From Fimbriosthenelais zetlandica (taxonomy: Eukaryota): a DNA stretch of 64,000 nucleotides. Position 1 is the first letter of the stretch; each line of letters opens with the position of its first letter. Positions 11,778 through 25,700 of the stretch are shown here, piece by piece. The notes under the pieces were generated by a model. The model saw only the letters and a program-made list of their open reading frames with translations, did not search any database and was not told where the DNA came from. Location: contig OZ365118.1 in NCBI GenBank assembly GCA_977030845.1, positions 18,910,001 to 18,974,000 on the forward strand. The letters are read 5' to 3'. The position numbers were made by a program, and so were the translations under genes.

Positions 11778-14700
11778 TCAGAGCTGTTGGTTAGCTCTTT
11801 TCAAATGACAGCAATGGTACTTCTACAAGCCCCTCACCATAGTGGGAGACATGGCTGGCCTTTGAGATCCCAGTTAGCAGCACTGGGTGGTCAATGTCAG
11901 AAAGAGGTATTAGTTGCTGCCTACATGTAGAGTTGTCACAGTGACATGTTTTAGACGCGGGTATTTTAGAGTAATAGTGTGACAGACTGGGTGCGTGAGA
12001 GTGCATTAATTAGCCTGGGAGGAGGACAAGGAGTTGATAGCAGTAAAAGTAGATGGGCGGGAAGAGCAATTATAGCAGAGGAGGCCTAACAGAGGCCTGA
12101 ACAGAGGCCTGAACAGTGGCGAGAGATCTGTTAATGGAAGCATCAGTCATCGACAAGTCATGCCAGGCATCTCTCTGGCCATTCCTTATGATCCTATAGT
12201 CCATATCCACTGCCATTCAAAGAATATTCGGCATGTGACAGGTAAAGATGACCCTGGTGGTGGCTTAAGCTAATCTTAGAGTTAATTTAGTGCAGAAATG
12301 TGTAGGCCTACCTCTCTAACTAGCTGTTAGATGTGCACCCCTTCACCTCCTCTCAGTTACCCACCCTCTCCTCTACCCCCCCCCCCCCCCACCACCTGAT
12401 ACTGTATCCCTTAACAAAGCCTGCGGTGGGCATCTATTGATGGTAGAGGGGCGGGGAGGGGCGGGGATGGGGAAGGGGAGGAGTCAGAAGCCCTGAACGT
12501 TTAGCCTTTGTTACCCAACACTGACTACTTATCTTAACAATGCGGGTGTGCTATGGTCAACTTAGTTAATGGTGGGATAGTGGCTTTAGTGGCGTGATTG
12601 GTGGTGGGTGGAGGACAGGGGGGACAGGGGGAGGGGGACAGGTAAAAGGGTCAGACATTTAGTCTATTACTGCCTCCACACTAAGGCCTGGGCTTAATGA
12701 TAAGTGAATGAATAATAAATCATATTCTCTTCATTAATTGCCCCCTGAAGATGATCCAGTACTGGGTGCATTATACCGTCCATGGTGTCATTTAGGTGCT
12801 CATTTAACGGTCACATCTACTGCCAATCAATATAGAGCACAGCAATCAATATGACTTTATTAAATATATTTGAATTTTCAACCTGTCACTAGCAGACCCC
12901 CATCTGCTGCTTTTCAATACGTGAGTATTGTTACATAAGGTGACATCTGAATCCTGGGCTCTCTCTCAAGTCTCACTCTCATTCTGTGGGTTAGTTTATC
13001 GCATTGTTCATGCAGGCAATCTCTATCAGCTCATAACCGCTTAATCAGTTTACTCCAATGGGAAATCCAATACCAAGAGTCCGAGTCACAAAGCAGGCAC
13101 GTTTATAGAGGTAAGAAAAGATGCCTCCAGGAATTACTAGGCATTAGTCAAGGCAGCAGCGGTGGGCGAGGCTGGAGCCACATATCAATGATTGAAATGG
13201 AGCCAGTAAAAACGTTATCTCCACTCTCTAGGCTCGTTCACACTAGCTCATGTCACCACCGTCCAGCAATATGTCACAATAAAGATAGTTTTACATACTT
13301 TTAGGATTGACTGTAGAGTCAAGGCATTAGCTCTGCAGTTTAAATACAAAATATAAAAATAAGGAATCACATATCCCAAATCACTGTTATTTGAAATAGT
13401 GGATTAACATTATATTAGACAATTTTGCAAAGTGGCAAAGCATTTGCGAGGGACCAAAATATGTATATGTTCAACAGAAACCCCAGATCACCTAGCTGGG
13501 TTAGTCTGAACTGAGCTTAATATTATTAAACCAAATTATGTGATATCAAAACACAATTACATACCGGGATAATGGCGATGATGCGGCGAAAATACATCGG
13601 TTTGGTTCCCTGCAAAATGCAAATTTGTCATTATTGCATAATTTTATCGCTAAATTACTTCCCAGGTCATCATAATAATAAACGGAGCAGGCGATGTTAA
13701 AATGAAAGCCACCACCTGGGAAATCAGGGATGGGGTAGAGTTAGTTTTAGTGGGAGGGATGGGTGGGAGGGTGGGAGGGATGGGAAATTTACCATTCACA
13801 GCCGTCATACTTGGTATGAGAGAGATGCCCCGTGAGGAAACTCACGACTCACACATGTTTATGGGTGAGCAGCTCATAGTGTATTCTTTACCCACTCAGA
13901 GCACGTGACTAAATCCCACATCTGATCACTTCCCTCATATTGTTTGTCAAACAAAACCCAGGACTCACTCTAATTCCTAGTGAATCTACTAAACTCAGCC
14001 AAAACTCAGACAAATTAATGAGCCATGTTCCCAACTACTTTAGTGTTGATTATTCTCAGGAATGGTGCATGCCACCAGTCAACCTTCCACATGTAGTTCA
14101 GGTATAGATCATCTCTACCTTTAGTCATCAATATCCGGGATATTGATGATTATTGTGAGGATAATTGGTGCCAACAATTTACATCAATTAAGCACTCAGC
14201 CCCGTGTAAGTGGGGGAATAAATCATTAGAATACAGACATGTATTTTTAATGAAGATGAGAGATGACATATAGATATGGCAGAATGATAAGGGTTAAGCC
14301 CACACCCACACACCTTCCATTAACACCTTTCTGACAGTTATCTCCACACATTAATGAACTGACCTTGAACAAAATTGATCCTCAAAATTCAAGACCCAAA
14401 ACTCAAAGTTCATCCCATATTAGTCGATCAATATCCCTTCAACGCCCACATGAAAACCCTCTTTTCATCAACACCCAATCGCAGTAACACACATTCTCAC
14501 CTTTATTTTTGTAAAGTGGTAACTTTTCTGGGGAGATATTGAGCCAAGTTATGATTACAAAACAACTTTTTGAAAGCAAATTCAAGCTAGCTCACCACTT
14601 TAATTTACTGGGTTCAAATTTATCATAAAAATATACGAAATGAAACTACCCTGAAAGTATAGGTATGGACAGAGTACATGTATGTCATTACTTTCTCATA

Positions 14701-15066
14701 TTTCCCTCACACTAGAACAGCAGAAATATTGTTTCAGATTAAATGAGAACCTTTCTCTCAAAATATCTAAAGATCAGTTACATAAGGAGTAAGGGAAATG
14801 CATTAGAAGCCAATGATTATTTATGACCAGCGATGTCCATTTCTGTAGCCACGAAGTCTGTTTCAAATGATCAAAAACTGGTAAGAAATCCAGCGCTGAA
14901 TGACCCTTACAGCCATTATAATTCCTCGCCCATTTATTTTCATGTTTTACAGATATTTCCCACCATTTCCACTGATTATTGATGGTCAATGAGAGGGAAT
15001 TATCCGTCATTAAACAGTGACTCGTATAGAGGGAGGGGCTGGTGGTGGACAATATGGCTTCACCAG

Positions 15067-15130
15067 TTGGCAGGGCCTCATTGGCAGGGCCTCATTGGCA
15101 GGGCCTCATTGGCAGGGCCTCATTGGCAGG
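15067..15130. repeat. 14-bp tandem repeat (ttggcagggcctca) x4.5
   Basis: Seen directly. Confidence 0.95.
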
Positions 15131-15342
15131 CATTTAAGGCGGGATGATGGACCCAGGGTCCCGTGTCTCACCAGCTCCTGAAATTGGCCAAATTGGTGGC
15201 CACCTGAATGAGTCAGAGAGTGTGAGAAGCTCACATGAGGCGCTCAAATTGAGCCTTATTACTGCCGTGTCTGAGGCGAGCCGAGCTGAGCACCGACCAG
15301 GCCACAACGCACCCCTGTACGGGCTGGTGGGGGGTCTGAGGG

Positions 15343-15502
15343 CAGAGGGGCAGGTCTGGGGGAAGAGGGGCAGGTCTGGGGGAAGAGGGGCAGGTCTGGG
15401 GGGAGAGGGGGGAGAGGGACATGAGGTCTGGGGGGAGAGGGGGGAGAGGGACATGAGGTCTGGGGGAAGAGAGGCACGAGGTCTGGGGAAAGTCTGGGAG
15501 GG
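15343..15502. repeat. G-rich minisatellite (gaggggcaggtctggggga-type)
   Basis: Seen directly; source of several Pro-rich spurious ORFs. Confidence 0.9.
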
Positions 15503-18500
15503 AAGAATAGAACAGATTTAGGGAATATATTGTAAATATATATAAGTGTAGAAATTGAAGAGAGAAATTGAGAAGAAAGGGGCTGGGCAAGGGGTGGGGG
15601 GGGAGGCTAAAGATAAGAGGCCTTGACCACAACTGAAATACGTGCAGCCTCTCTTTGGACTCAATTTCATTAAGTTGTGTCCAAAAAGTGGACAGAAGAG
15701 AGAGGAGAGGAAATGATCGGGTGGAGGGCGGGGATACAGCCAGACCAGGCCATCAAAGATATCCAACAGATGCAATTGTCTTATATGTCAGAGGTTAGCA
15801 GTTAAATGTCAGGCCAGGCGGGGAAGCCTCGTATTGTCAACGTTCTAGTCTCAACCGTGGGCGTTCTACAATAATGAAAGGGGAACCCCCGGAGATAACG
15901 TCATTGCTAAACAACTCATGGGTTGCTGTGGAGAAAACATCTTTTCAAACTGTGTTTGTCTTATTTTTAACCAAATCGTTCAAATTTCCATTCAACTATA
16001 ATAGGCCTATTATAACCCATGATTAAACATTTGAAACGCATTTTGGCACAGAAATCATCCAATATGGGTTTAAAAAGTTAATGTAGGATCTAAGACTAAA
16101 ACGTCAAAAAAAACTTTCCTTGTCAATATAGATCAGATTATGGGTACATCAACTGATATGTCAGAGTAAATATGCTGAGGAAACCTGCCCCGAGCATTCT
16201 CAAGCCCCTTTATATCCCTCTCATTATAATTCCCAAGGCCCAAATTGTCCACTGCACTGAGAGTGGGACATCCCTTACTGAATACAATACCTCAGTAGTT
16301 CTTTAAGTGCAGAGATGAGACCTTTAAGAAAACTAGAGAGCCTGAGGGCTGCTCCAAAACCTTTGTAATTGGCGATAAGGTGAATGTGAAGATAGGAGAT
16401 GAAAGTTGTACAACTGTGGAGGCTACATTATGACAACTCTGGCTTTTCACAATCACTTTCTTATCAGGGCAGCTGAACATGTGCAGGCGGAGAGAGAGAA
16501 GGCCGCTCATCAGCTGACAAAAACACTATAGCCGCCGCGGCCCTGCGGCCTATCATACTAACACTTTTCTCTCTCTTTGGGAACATGTCTTTCTATTTAC
16601 AATATTTGCCCCAACTACATAGCCATCCAATTTGAACAACCTATATGAGCAGGTTTTCTATGAGATTGAATTGCCTTGCTGCAAATGGCATTGAAGACTT
16701 TTTTCTTCTAATGGAAATCATCAGAAAGCATCTGGAGAGTATAGGGCAAAGATTTTTGAATTTGAGTCATGTAACACACATTTTGACCCTTTGAAAAACT
16801 AAAATGGATTACGAAATGTAGAACGTCACATAATAAGACATATCCCGATGAGTTATGATAAAAAGTAGCCTATATTTTTGTTGTATTCGGCCCTAAGCGT
16901 AAATGAATATGATGATTGACATTTTGCCTAGCCGCTTCTAATATGACATATCATGAGGTACTGGGTAATAGGTTGGCAGCATTTGGCAACTGAGTAGTTC
17001 ACTTCTTTATGGCAGGGATAGCCTATCATGATACATGTATACATGTATTGTACATGCATGTTACATAGGGCGACTGTAACCTGGTCTGTTACCATCTTTA
17101 TACTGTTTATATCAAAACACTCCAATCATTCTTCAGGTTTCTAACCTAATACTGCACAAACAGCTATTTCTAATTTGATACTAAAGTGAAAAGGGTTTTT
17201 AAATTCTCCTCAAATTTCCTCCAGGTCAGTGACACAGGTGGGAGGTTTCATTACAAGTACATACAGATAGATCCATGTACTTCTTATCAGGAGAAATAAG
17301 TTAAATTTTGTAGGAGGATAGAACTGCTGGTAATGTGAGAGGACCGTCTGTCCATGCGTGGACTAGTTCCTCTAGTATTACAGTTAAACAAGCTGTGTTG
17401 TATTATTTAGTAAGGTGTGGTCCAGCTTTAAGTCTCACTATATCACAGTGTGGTCACTCACTTCAAAGACTGGTCAGATCAAATGACCAAAGCTTTTACT
17501 GACCACACCTGATGACCAGTGGTGTCCAGTTATAACCGCACCCTTCACTCACCTGCTCAGGTTTTTACATTACAGGATTCAGCCTTTTTAAAGCAGGAAG
17601 TGTCCTACAGCCCTGTCAAAAAAGGCAGGAGGGTATGTACTATTGTGATCTAAAATATAATACTAATTGAGTAACAAGTGATCATCTCTGACATTAAAAG
17701 TTAGGACCACATCACCGGATGGGGCAAAATGATTCACAGAACTTTATCAACACTACTCCCAACTCACGGGATCAAACTTACTTGAGCGAGATTAATGAAA
17801 AACTGGAGATATGTTGAAACATAAACTTAAACTAGAAGTCTGAGTGTAGAGAATCTATGGAAGACGAATCTATGGAAGACGAATCGATTGAAGGAAGAGT
17901 CCTGTCTGACCTTTAGGTATGCCTATACGGACCTAAATCCTGTCTGTAGACAGTGTGAATGGTACATTGAGGAGAATCAAGCTGTAAAGGTCACGGATCA
18001 TAGCAGGGACAACTCGCTATAATTACTACCAAATACAAAGGCTGCCAAAGTTGAGCGAGTAAAGTATGAGCAAAAATTCATTCACTTTATCAACAATCGT
18101 CAGTAGCTGAATATATAATAAATGATATCCCACGTGGTGAGGATTTAACCAGACCAGTGAAGTGGGTGTAGTAAGCAGACTAATTATCACACTACTTCAT
18201 GGGTTGAGGTAATATTTTAAGTGAGAACTATCAGACAAAGCCATTGTTCTCACGCTCTGTTTTTAAGTCAGGGAAGTCTCCAGGGTACAAATTTGTGTTT
18301 AATAACCTGGATCGCCTGTCAAACACAACGCCTTGTTATAGTTCCCTGAGGTATGATCATATTCATAACCCATAGCCAGGCAAAGCTGGCTCCCAATCCA
18401 ACCCCACCCCAATACTTCATTTAGGTTAGAAAAATAGACTAAAGAAAGTGGATTTCATAATTTTTTGATGTGAAGATACAAGGCCCCTTTGCTAGATTCC

Positions 18501-21059
18501 CATGGCTTCGAAAAGTAATTCCGTACTTTTAATTAACCCCTATAGATGGAGAGACTCTCTGACAGACCGAATTTTACTTTGGAATCATTTCAACCTAGAC
18601 AGCTTGCCAAGACACACAAGGAAATGAGTGGAAATGATCAACAATTCACTCCATAGTCTAGACGGTCATCATTACAGCATAAACTTACCACCAACATGAA
18701 TATGCACCAGTCTCATAGAAGACGGTAATGGTCAATGGTTATGTCATACGTCATTATTGCCAGACTGAACGCCCACTTTAAATCCTATAGAGCTTCAGTA
18801 ATTGTGTGTAAACATGTAAGGCCGACAACCATTACATGATCCTGATCACCTAATGCACACCACCCTCCCACTAAAATAGAGTAGACAAAATAATACAAAT
18901 ACAAATTAACTTAATAAGTACAATAGTAAAATAACAAGTATTGAATGAATGATAATATGGGAATAGATAATAGGGTGGATACAGGATATCGTGAAGGGGT
19001 AGGAGCGACAAAAAATAATCTCTGCAAGGGGGGCCTGCATGCAGGGGGGCCCGACAGGGGGGCTGGAGGGGGGCAGAAAGGAAACAAAAGAGTTGATGAA
19101 AGAGTGAAGACTAGAGACGTTTTAATATTAGTTTATTTAACAGCACCTGCAATTGTTGGTCCCAAAGGCATGAATAACAAGCTCCTGTAAATGTTAACAT
19201 CACCAAGGTTTATATAAGATAAAAGTAGATCCCTCAGTAAATTATAACATCATTATATCTACCACTCATGAGATACCCAGCCGAGTATCCACTGGACAGG
19301 AGGGAGAAACATACCACATTATATAATATTATACACAAGCCTAGCCGAACCTGACAGTCAAATACCCACTAGACACTAAATACAATGTACAAGAACTAGT
19401 AGAGAAACTTCTCACTTTTTCTTCTCTGGATGACTTTTAGGTTTAAAGTTTTTCACCTTTTCTGCAGTAAAAATAAGTTATTCTCACTAAATATGAGCTA
19501 GGATACTGCAAGGTTGTTCATCTGGACTTTGATCATAGCAATTGGATAATGTTTTCATCAATTAAAGCCTCTTATTTCATTCATTAATCTTATTAGCCAA
19601 TAAAATATGGCTTATCTTTCGGCGAGTATCTGATCATATTTCTTGCCAACTATTTTTTGCAATGTTTTTTGCGAAAGATTTTCAGATTTATCAGGACTGG
19701 CACTCTTATAATATGTACCATAGATGATTTACTAAGCTCATTAATGTTTGTAATTATTTCCAGGGAAATGAATGGAGATTGAGAAGTGGGCGATAAGAGG
19801 CAATGAGAGGTAAATATTGAGGGGGAATGATAGCCAAACATGAAGCTTCCACTGTATGATGTACTCAACAGTCTGGACTTTAGACATTGAGTTATACAGA
19901 CAGACAGAGGGGGTGGAGGCCAATACAGACAGAGAGGGGGGTGGGGATTGGGGGTGGAGGCCAGCCCACCACTGTCTAGTCTGTATGATAACAACAATGT
20001 CAATTCAATGCTCCTTCCCATGCATTGGCCATTATTCCATGCCCACTCCCCAGAGGAGACCCGGCAAAGGGCCATTTACATAACAAAGGAGAAGGGAAAG
20101 AGGCTTGGGAAGAAAGCAGTAAACGGTTTTGATGAGTCGGTGGAGATTGAAGTGAATCATTAATTAGGCCGAGTTAATGAGTCGGTAGTGAGCATAACAT
20201 TGGGTGAATACACAGTGATGTGAGAGGCGCTCATATATCACTGGCCCTGGCCAAATAAATTCATACTCATATGAAAAATGCATGTTTGGCCATTGATGCG
20301 TTACAATAGCATTAAGTAGCCACCAACTGGGACCATATGGAGACGAATTAACCCCAGAAAATGGGAATATAACTGTACAGTACCATCCACCATGGCCTTG
20401 TACATGTATCACCCTCCCTGCTAGCTGTGATCAAATCCACATTATGTAATCAAAGCACATCGAGTTTGGATCTTTTCCCCAATAGAGATAGAAAGCATTT
20501 GGTCAATTTCATAGCACAAAACTAAATTTTCTGCCTGGATAGCTAGTGGCCACTTACCAAACTGACAATACTGGGGCTATATCATATTAGTATACTTATA
20601 TAGTTCATACATTAAACCATGTAATATTTGAACGCATATTAATGCTTAATGTGCAATGGCTTTAAGATACAAATATATGTATATCCATATACATATGAAT
20701 GTATACTTCAATAAACAACATATATACACTGGCTATTTCCATAGTCTCTGTACAAAATCAAAGATGTAGATTTAAAAAATCTCCACTACCAACAAGAACC
20801 CAGTGAATAATGGTGAATCTATCAATGTGGTATGTACATAACCGATCATAGATGATCGGAGCCTATGTTTGACATAGAAAAGAGCGTTACATCGTATAGA
20901 TGTAGAATGCAGGAAGATGGACTGACGATGAGTAGCCACAATATACACTCAGTCCCTCTAGTCATCAATGTTGATACCGGAAACGTATATTAATACAAAC
21001 CCGAATATTGAATGAAGACAACGAGTTATATACACACAGATTATAACAGAATTGTGCCC

Positions 21060-21065
21060 TTTATT
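21060..21065 (-). terminator. Candidate polyadenylation signal AATAAA for the main gene
   Basis: First canonical AATAAA I found on the minus strand after the stop; implies a 3' UTR of about 1.45 kb. Confidence 0.4.
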
Positions 21066-21676
21066 CCAGATCCACATTTCAAAATGTAGAAGTAAATCGT
21101 TGATTGTAGTAGAATTCCTTTCCGAGCAGAGGAGACAGCTGGAGACATAATTTGCAGCGCATTATTGGCGTGACACTCGTTGATATTCAAGTCCAGAGTG
21201 AATAATGTCATCAGCTCTATCATCGGCCTCATCACCGCTGGTACGACGCGTCTCACAGCGTCACTGACGTCGCTACTATCATGACGTCACACAACAAAAG
21301 GGCCCTGGCGACGGGGGGTCATTTAAGAAAAAGTCACACGCTATTCCCTGTATGAAGTATTCTAGGTCATTTCCTGGCTAGATTCATTGCCCTCAAAGCG
21401 TCACAAGTTTGTAGCTTTGAAGCAGTAGGGAAAGTGAAGCCTTTTATCAGGTGCACTTTGCAGGCATCTGTGTTTGCATTCTGACCTCTTCATCGCGACT
21501 TCGCCACCACTTAAGACGCGGTTCATATGAAGGGAATTAAATGCTCTTTCCCTCCAGCGCCAATATTTCTCATTTTTTGTTTAGGATTCCTCATTTTGTG
21601 TTTTAGAAGGCAACAAAAGAGTGACTGGGGAAGCGCTGGGGGCGGTGTGGGGGCTGCCACATCACACAGAGAGACG

Positions 21677-21712
21677 GGCCTGGGTTAGGCCTGGGTTAGG
21701 CCTGGGTTAGGG
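21677..21712. repeat. 11-bp repeat (ggcctgggtta) x3 ending in TTAGGG
   Basis: Seen directly; lies in the putative 3' UTR. Confidence 0.85.
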
Positions 21713-22508
21713 AGGGCGGCTGCATTAATCCATGCAGTAAACTGCTCATGTTGACCCCCCACTGAGAGCAGCTCGCCTTATACGACCTTCACATGACCTC
21801 CACGTCACCCTAACAGAGAAATGAGCGTGAAGAATATGGTGCGATGTAAAGAGGCAGAAATGAGTGGTCGCGCATGCCAGCCTCCTTCATTACGTCGAGC
21901 AGACAGAGGTATACTTATGAATACTCGCCTCAATTGTAGAGCACACTACATGCTTAATCACCATGTTGGGGCAGTGAGTACAAAACATGCTCCTTGCTAA
22001 CAGCTTTCTCACTGTGAAAGACCATATCATCAATATGGGATTGTTCATTTCCCCCCTCTCTCCTGCAATCCGTGGCAGTTCCGTCATTGCAATTGTACTT
22101 ATGCAGATACAATCAGGGCTATTCACTGAAGGCGGCAAAATACCCGGCAATGCTTGCCGCGAGATGGAAGGGGAGGAGAGAAGCTTGCTTTAAATACGCG
22201 TCATCAGTAGAATGAGGGGTTGGTGGAGGCTGGAGGGAGTTTGAAAGTAGAAGGAGACGCTGGTATGTCGTTAATAAAGGGGAGGTAAGTTGTTATGATG
22301 AGGGGAGCAGTGTGGTATTTAACGTGTTTTTATCATTATAAGAGGTAGCGTGGATGAGTCAATCTATCTGATACATCATCATTGTGTCTCTCAGGCACTT
22401 AGGGCAGGCATACATCCACACTCTACATACACACTCAATGGCAGACGTTTGATTTTCTATCTTCTCCCTTTCTGTCACTATTCAGCTCTAATGCCCACAC
22501 GTGAGTGG

Positions 22509-22756
22509 TCAAGTTTGGTATAAGATGACCAGTGCTGTTAGTAGGAGAGTGACCAGTACAGAGCTGGGCTGTCTGCGGGCACTGTCTGCGGCCCGCCCCT
22601 GACTGACCGCCTGGGTGTGGGCTGTAGTGGTATGTTGTTTACGTGTTTTACTTGACGTGCCCTTTGTGTTAGCTCCTTTACGGACCGTATACCGGATGGT
22701 AGACGCATGTGACGTCGCTCCTTTGTTCATGACAATGCAGTCCTTCTCCAATGGTT
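22509..22756 (-). CDS. Exon 14, terminal: Thr/Lys-rich stalk plus GPI-signal-like tail (...DSARRQPSSVLVTLLLTALVILYQT*)
   Basis: Acceptor tttttctcttttttacag, phase 1, stop TGA at 22511-22509. Small residues are followed by a spacer and a terminal hydrophobic stretch with no cytoplasmic tail. Confidence 0.87.
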
Positions 22757-25700
22757 CTGTAAAAAAGAGAAAAAGATAATGTTAACAAAGTCATTGATGA
22801 ACATAAAATAATATGAATAAAGGTACTTTTTGTGGGACCCAATGATGATAGACAAGCCACAATGGTCACATGTTAAACACAGACAACATAGATGATTGAC
22901 TAGTCACTATCTCCACACTGCCTTTAGCAACATTGGGTCCAACAAGGGAACTGAACTCAAAGGCAAGAAAATTAAATCAAATCACATTGAAAGCAAAACA
23001 AAATTGAACTGAAAATAACGATAACAGAACATAACACCTTAAGCCTAAAGCCTTACGCCTAGTACTCACTTGACACAGTATGTCACATCTACACGTCACA
23101 ATACGTCACAATGTCTCACATCTACTGGTGGAGGATGGTTGAATGTTGAGGGAATACAGCAGGACGACTATCATAACATGCAGTATCGTTTATGTTTCAT
23201 CTCAATGTCACAAGCTCATGACCTCACTACATTGAAACATACCATGCATGCATGGCGTAAATTCACCTTCATTTCCACCTATCAACCACGCCTACATTTG
23301 ACGGAAGCGCTAGACGTGTTGAAGGTAACTCGCTAACGGTTTTTGTACGAGAAAATGGTGTCAGTCAAAACTGCCTCAGATAGCGTAAATCAAACCGCAA
23401 AATATCGCGAAACATAACGCAGATTGTAGGGAAAAAAGTGCAAAAAATATGGCAAAAAAAGGGAAATTATGTCAAAGCAAATGAGCAAAATATGCGGATA
23501 TACAGTGAAAGATTTCTAGAAAAATACTTAGTAGGAAAAAAAGGAAGAGTGAGAGAAGAAGAGTGACATTTCTGCCCTGGTTCCCCAAGGCCAAATTGTA
23601 CACACCTAACACTTCAACATAACCCCCAGCCCTCTCACAATGCCCTACACCAGACACCATCAAGGCCTGGGAGCACCCCACTATACAACATGTGAATTTA
23701 GCCTGAATGACTTTTATATTTCTTGCTCCATATAGAGTGGTTATAAAGCAAGTATACGAGTCCATGATTGAGCGGTTCACTCTTGCAATGCATTCTCTAT
23801 CGACAAGCATTGATCCGTGCCGTGCATAGTGAGAATACATTGACTGTATACTGGCCTGTATATATTGGTGGGTAAAAGGCTGGGAGAGAGCAATACCGTG
23901 CAGCAATTAATTCATCATGACCATGTCCTATAAACCTCCATAACTGTCTGCTACAATGCTTCATGTCAGCCTCTCACAGTCCCATGAATTCTGCCTCACC
24001 CGCTGCCAGTACAGAACGCATACACGGCTTACCATCCATTTAGAATGTCCTATACAACAATACCGCGGCTTGATGGCCTCACAACTGAATACACTAATAG
24101 GCAATCATTAAAAATCTGTAATTTTTTATAATTAAAATCCATATATCATTGACATAACATGGATTGGCCATGGGTTAAGATTGAAAGCACTAATATCAGC
24201 TGTATTATATATAGATTTTTTCCTAAGAGTTTTTCCTTTAATGCTGATATACAATATATCCTAGATGACCTCTATCAGACATAAGGATACATGGAAATGT
24301 AACCAGGATTATACCAATATATCAGTAGGTAATCATGGCGTTTTTTTCCAGCCATATGTAGGCTATATATAAATCATTGTGCAGTATAAATAGTGATAAA
24401 TATGAGAGATCATACCTCCATTACTGGCGACCAGAGGTGGACATTAGCAAGAAGTTATCACTTTGATAAAGTGTTTAATGTTCACATAGTGTCGGCCCCT
24501 GGCGCCGCTTTTGATATTCCAGCCGGGCTGTGTTCAGCAGGCAGACCAAAATGGTTTGTGACAATGGAAGCAAAGGCCAGGCCGATCAGGCTATACATCA
24601 AGCCGTGCACCGGGGGAGAGAGGGCCGCTCACCCACCCCGGAATATAAACTACCTGACATGTATTTTTCATTTAGTCCACAGAATTCTCCATTTAGCCCA
24701 AGGTAATATTGGTGGGTGGGAATATTGCTGGTGGGTGGGTGGGGGTGGTGGGGGTGGGGGGGGGGGGGGGTAATGAGTGGTGGGTGGGGATATGCTGGCT
24801 GGTTGGACCATCGTGTAAGTAATGGCTGATACTAGGCCAAATATATCCTAAAGCCACAATATTCCTATATATTCAAAACTGATGGATGACACAATGAGAC
24901 TGGGTATACATCATCTTACATAGATGCCATTCTGAGAAGTTGACTTAAGCCATATCTGTTTGGGATCTTTTGAAAAGCCCTAGAAAGGGATATTAGACCA
25001 TTGTCTATGACGCAGTCAGTTTCTGGCTTTTTTTTCTAGAACTGTTTATATTTTAACTTCTAAGAATAGTTTATCTGCCTAAACTAGCACACCACAAAGA
25101 CTCCACCTGAATATGCATGGCGAGGAGAATAATGTGTTTTATGACAGCTGATGTATTATTACCCAGGCCTAATTCTGTGTCTGTTCACGTGAATAACGGT
25201 ATGTAGTTGTTTATGGTCCAATGTTTCTGCTTGACATGTCTATAAACCATCCTATGATAAAAACATGGAGTATAAAAAGTGAGGTAGGAATGGGAAATGA
25301 TTATTTACATTAGATCATGTTCATGATTCACTCTATATGATCCTCATGACAAACAATACCAGGCTACATTAGTACGGCCGTGTGTGCAGGATTGGTCTGG
25401 GCAATACCGGCACAAGTCCTCCACTTTATTTATGTCAGTTTTTGCATGAACAACTCTAACATTTTAAATACTAGGAAAGAACTTCCCAGAAAAAGTACAG
25501 AGATGTTTTCCTGATATCATTTTTCTTATGATCGGTGAACATGTACTGCTGAAGGTGGGCAAAAATGAGCAGAAATCTAAATGTTTGTCTGGTGGAGTTG
25601 GTATAGTACATTATGACTGTATAACTGGTACATATACAGACTACATTCTCACTCATTATGGTGGCTAGATATAGCCACGTCTGTCAAGCTATATACATGT

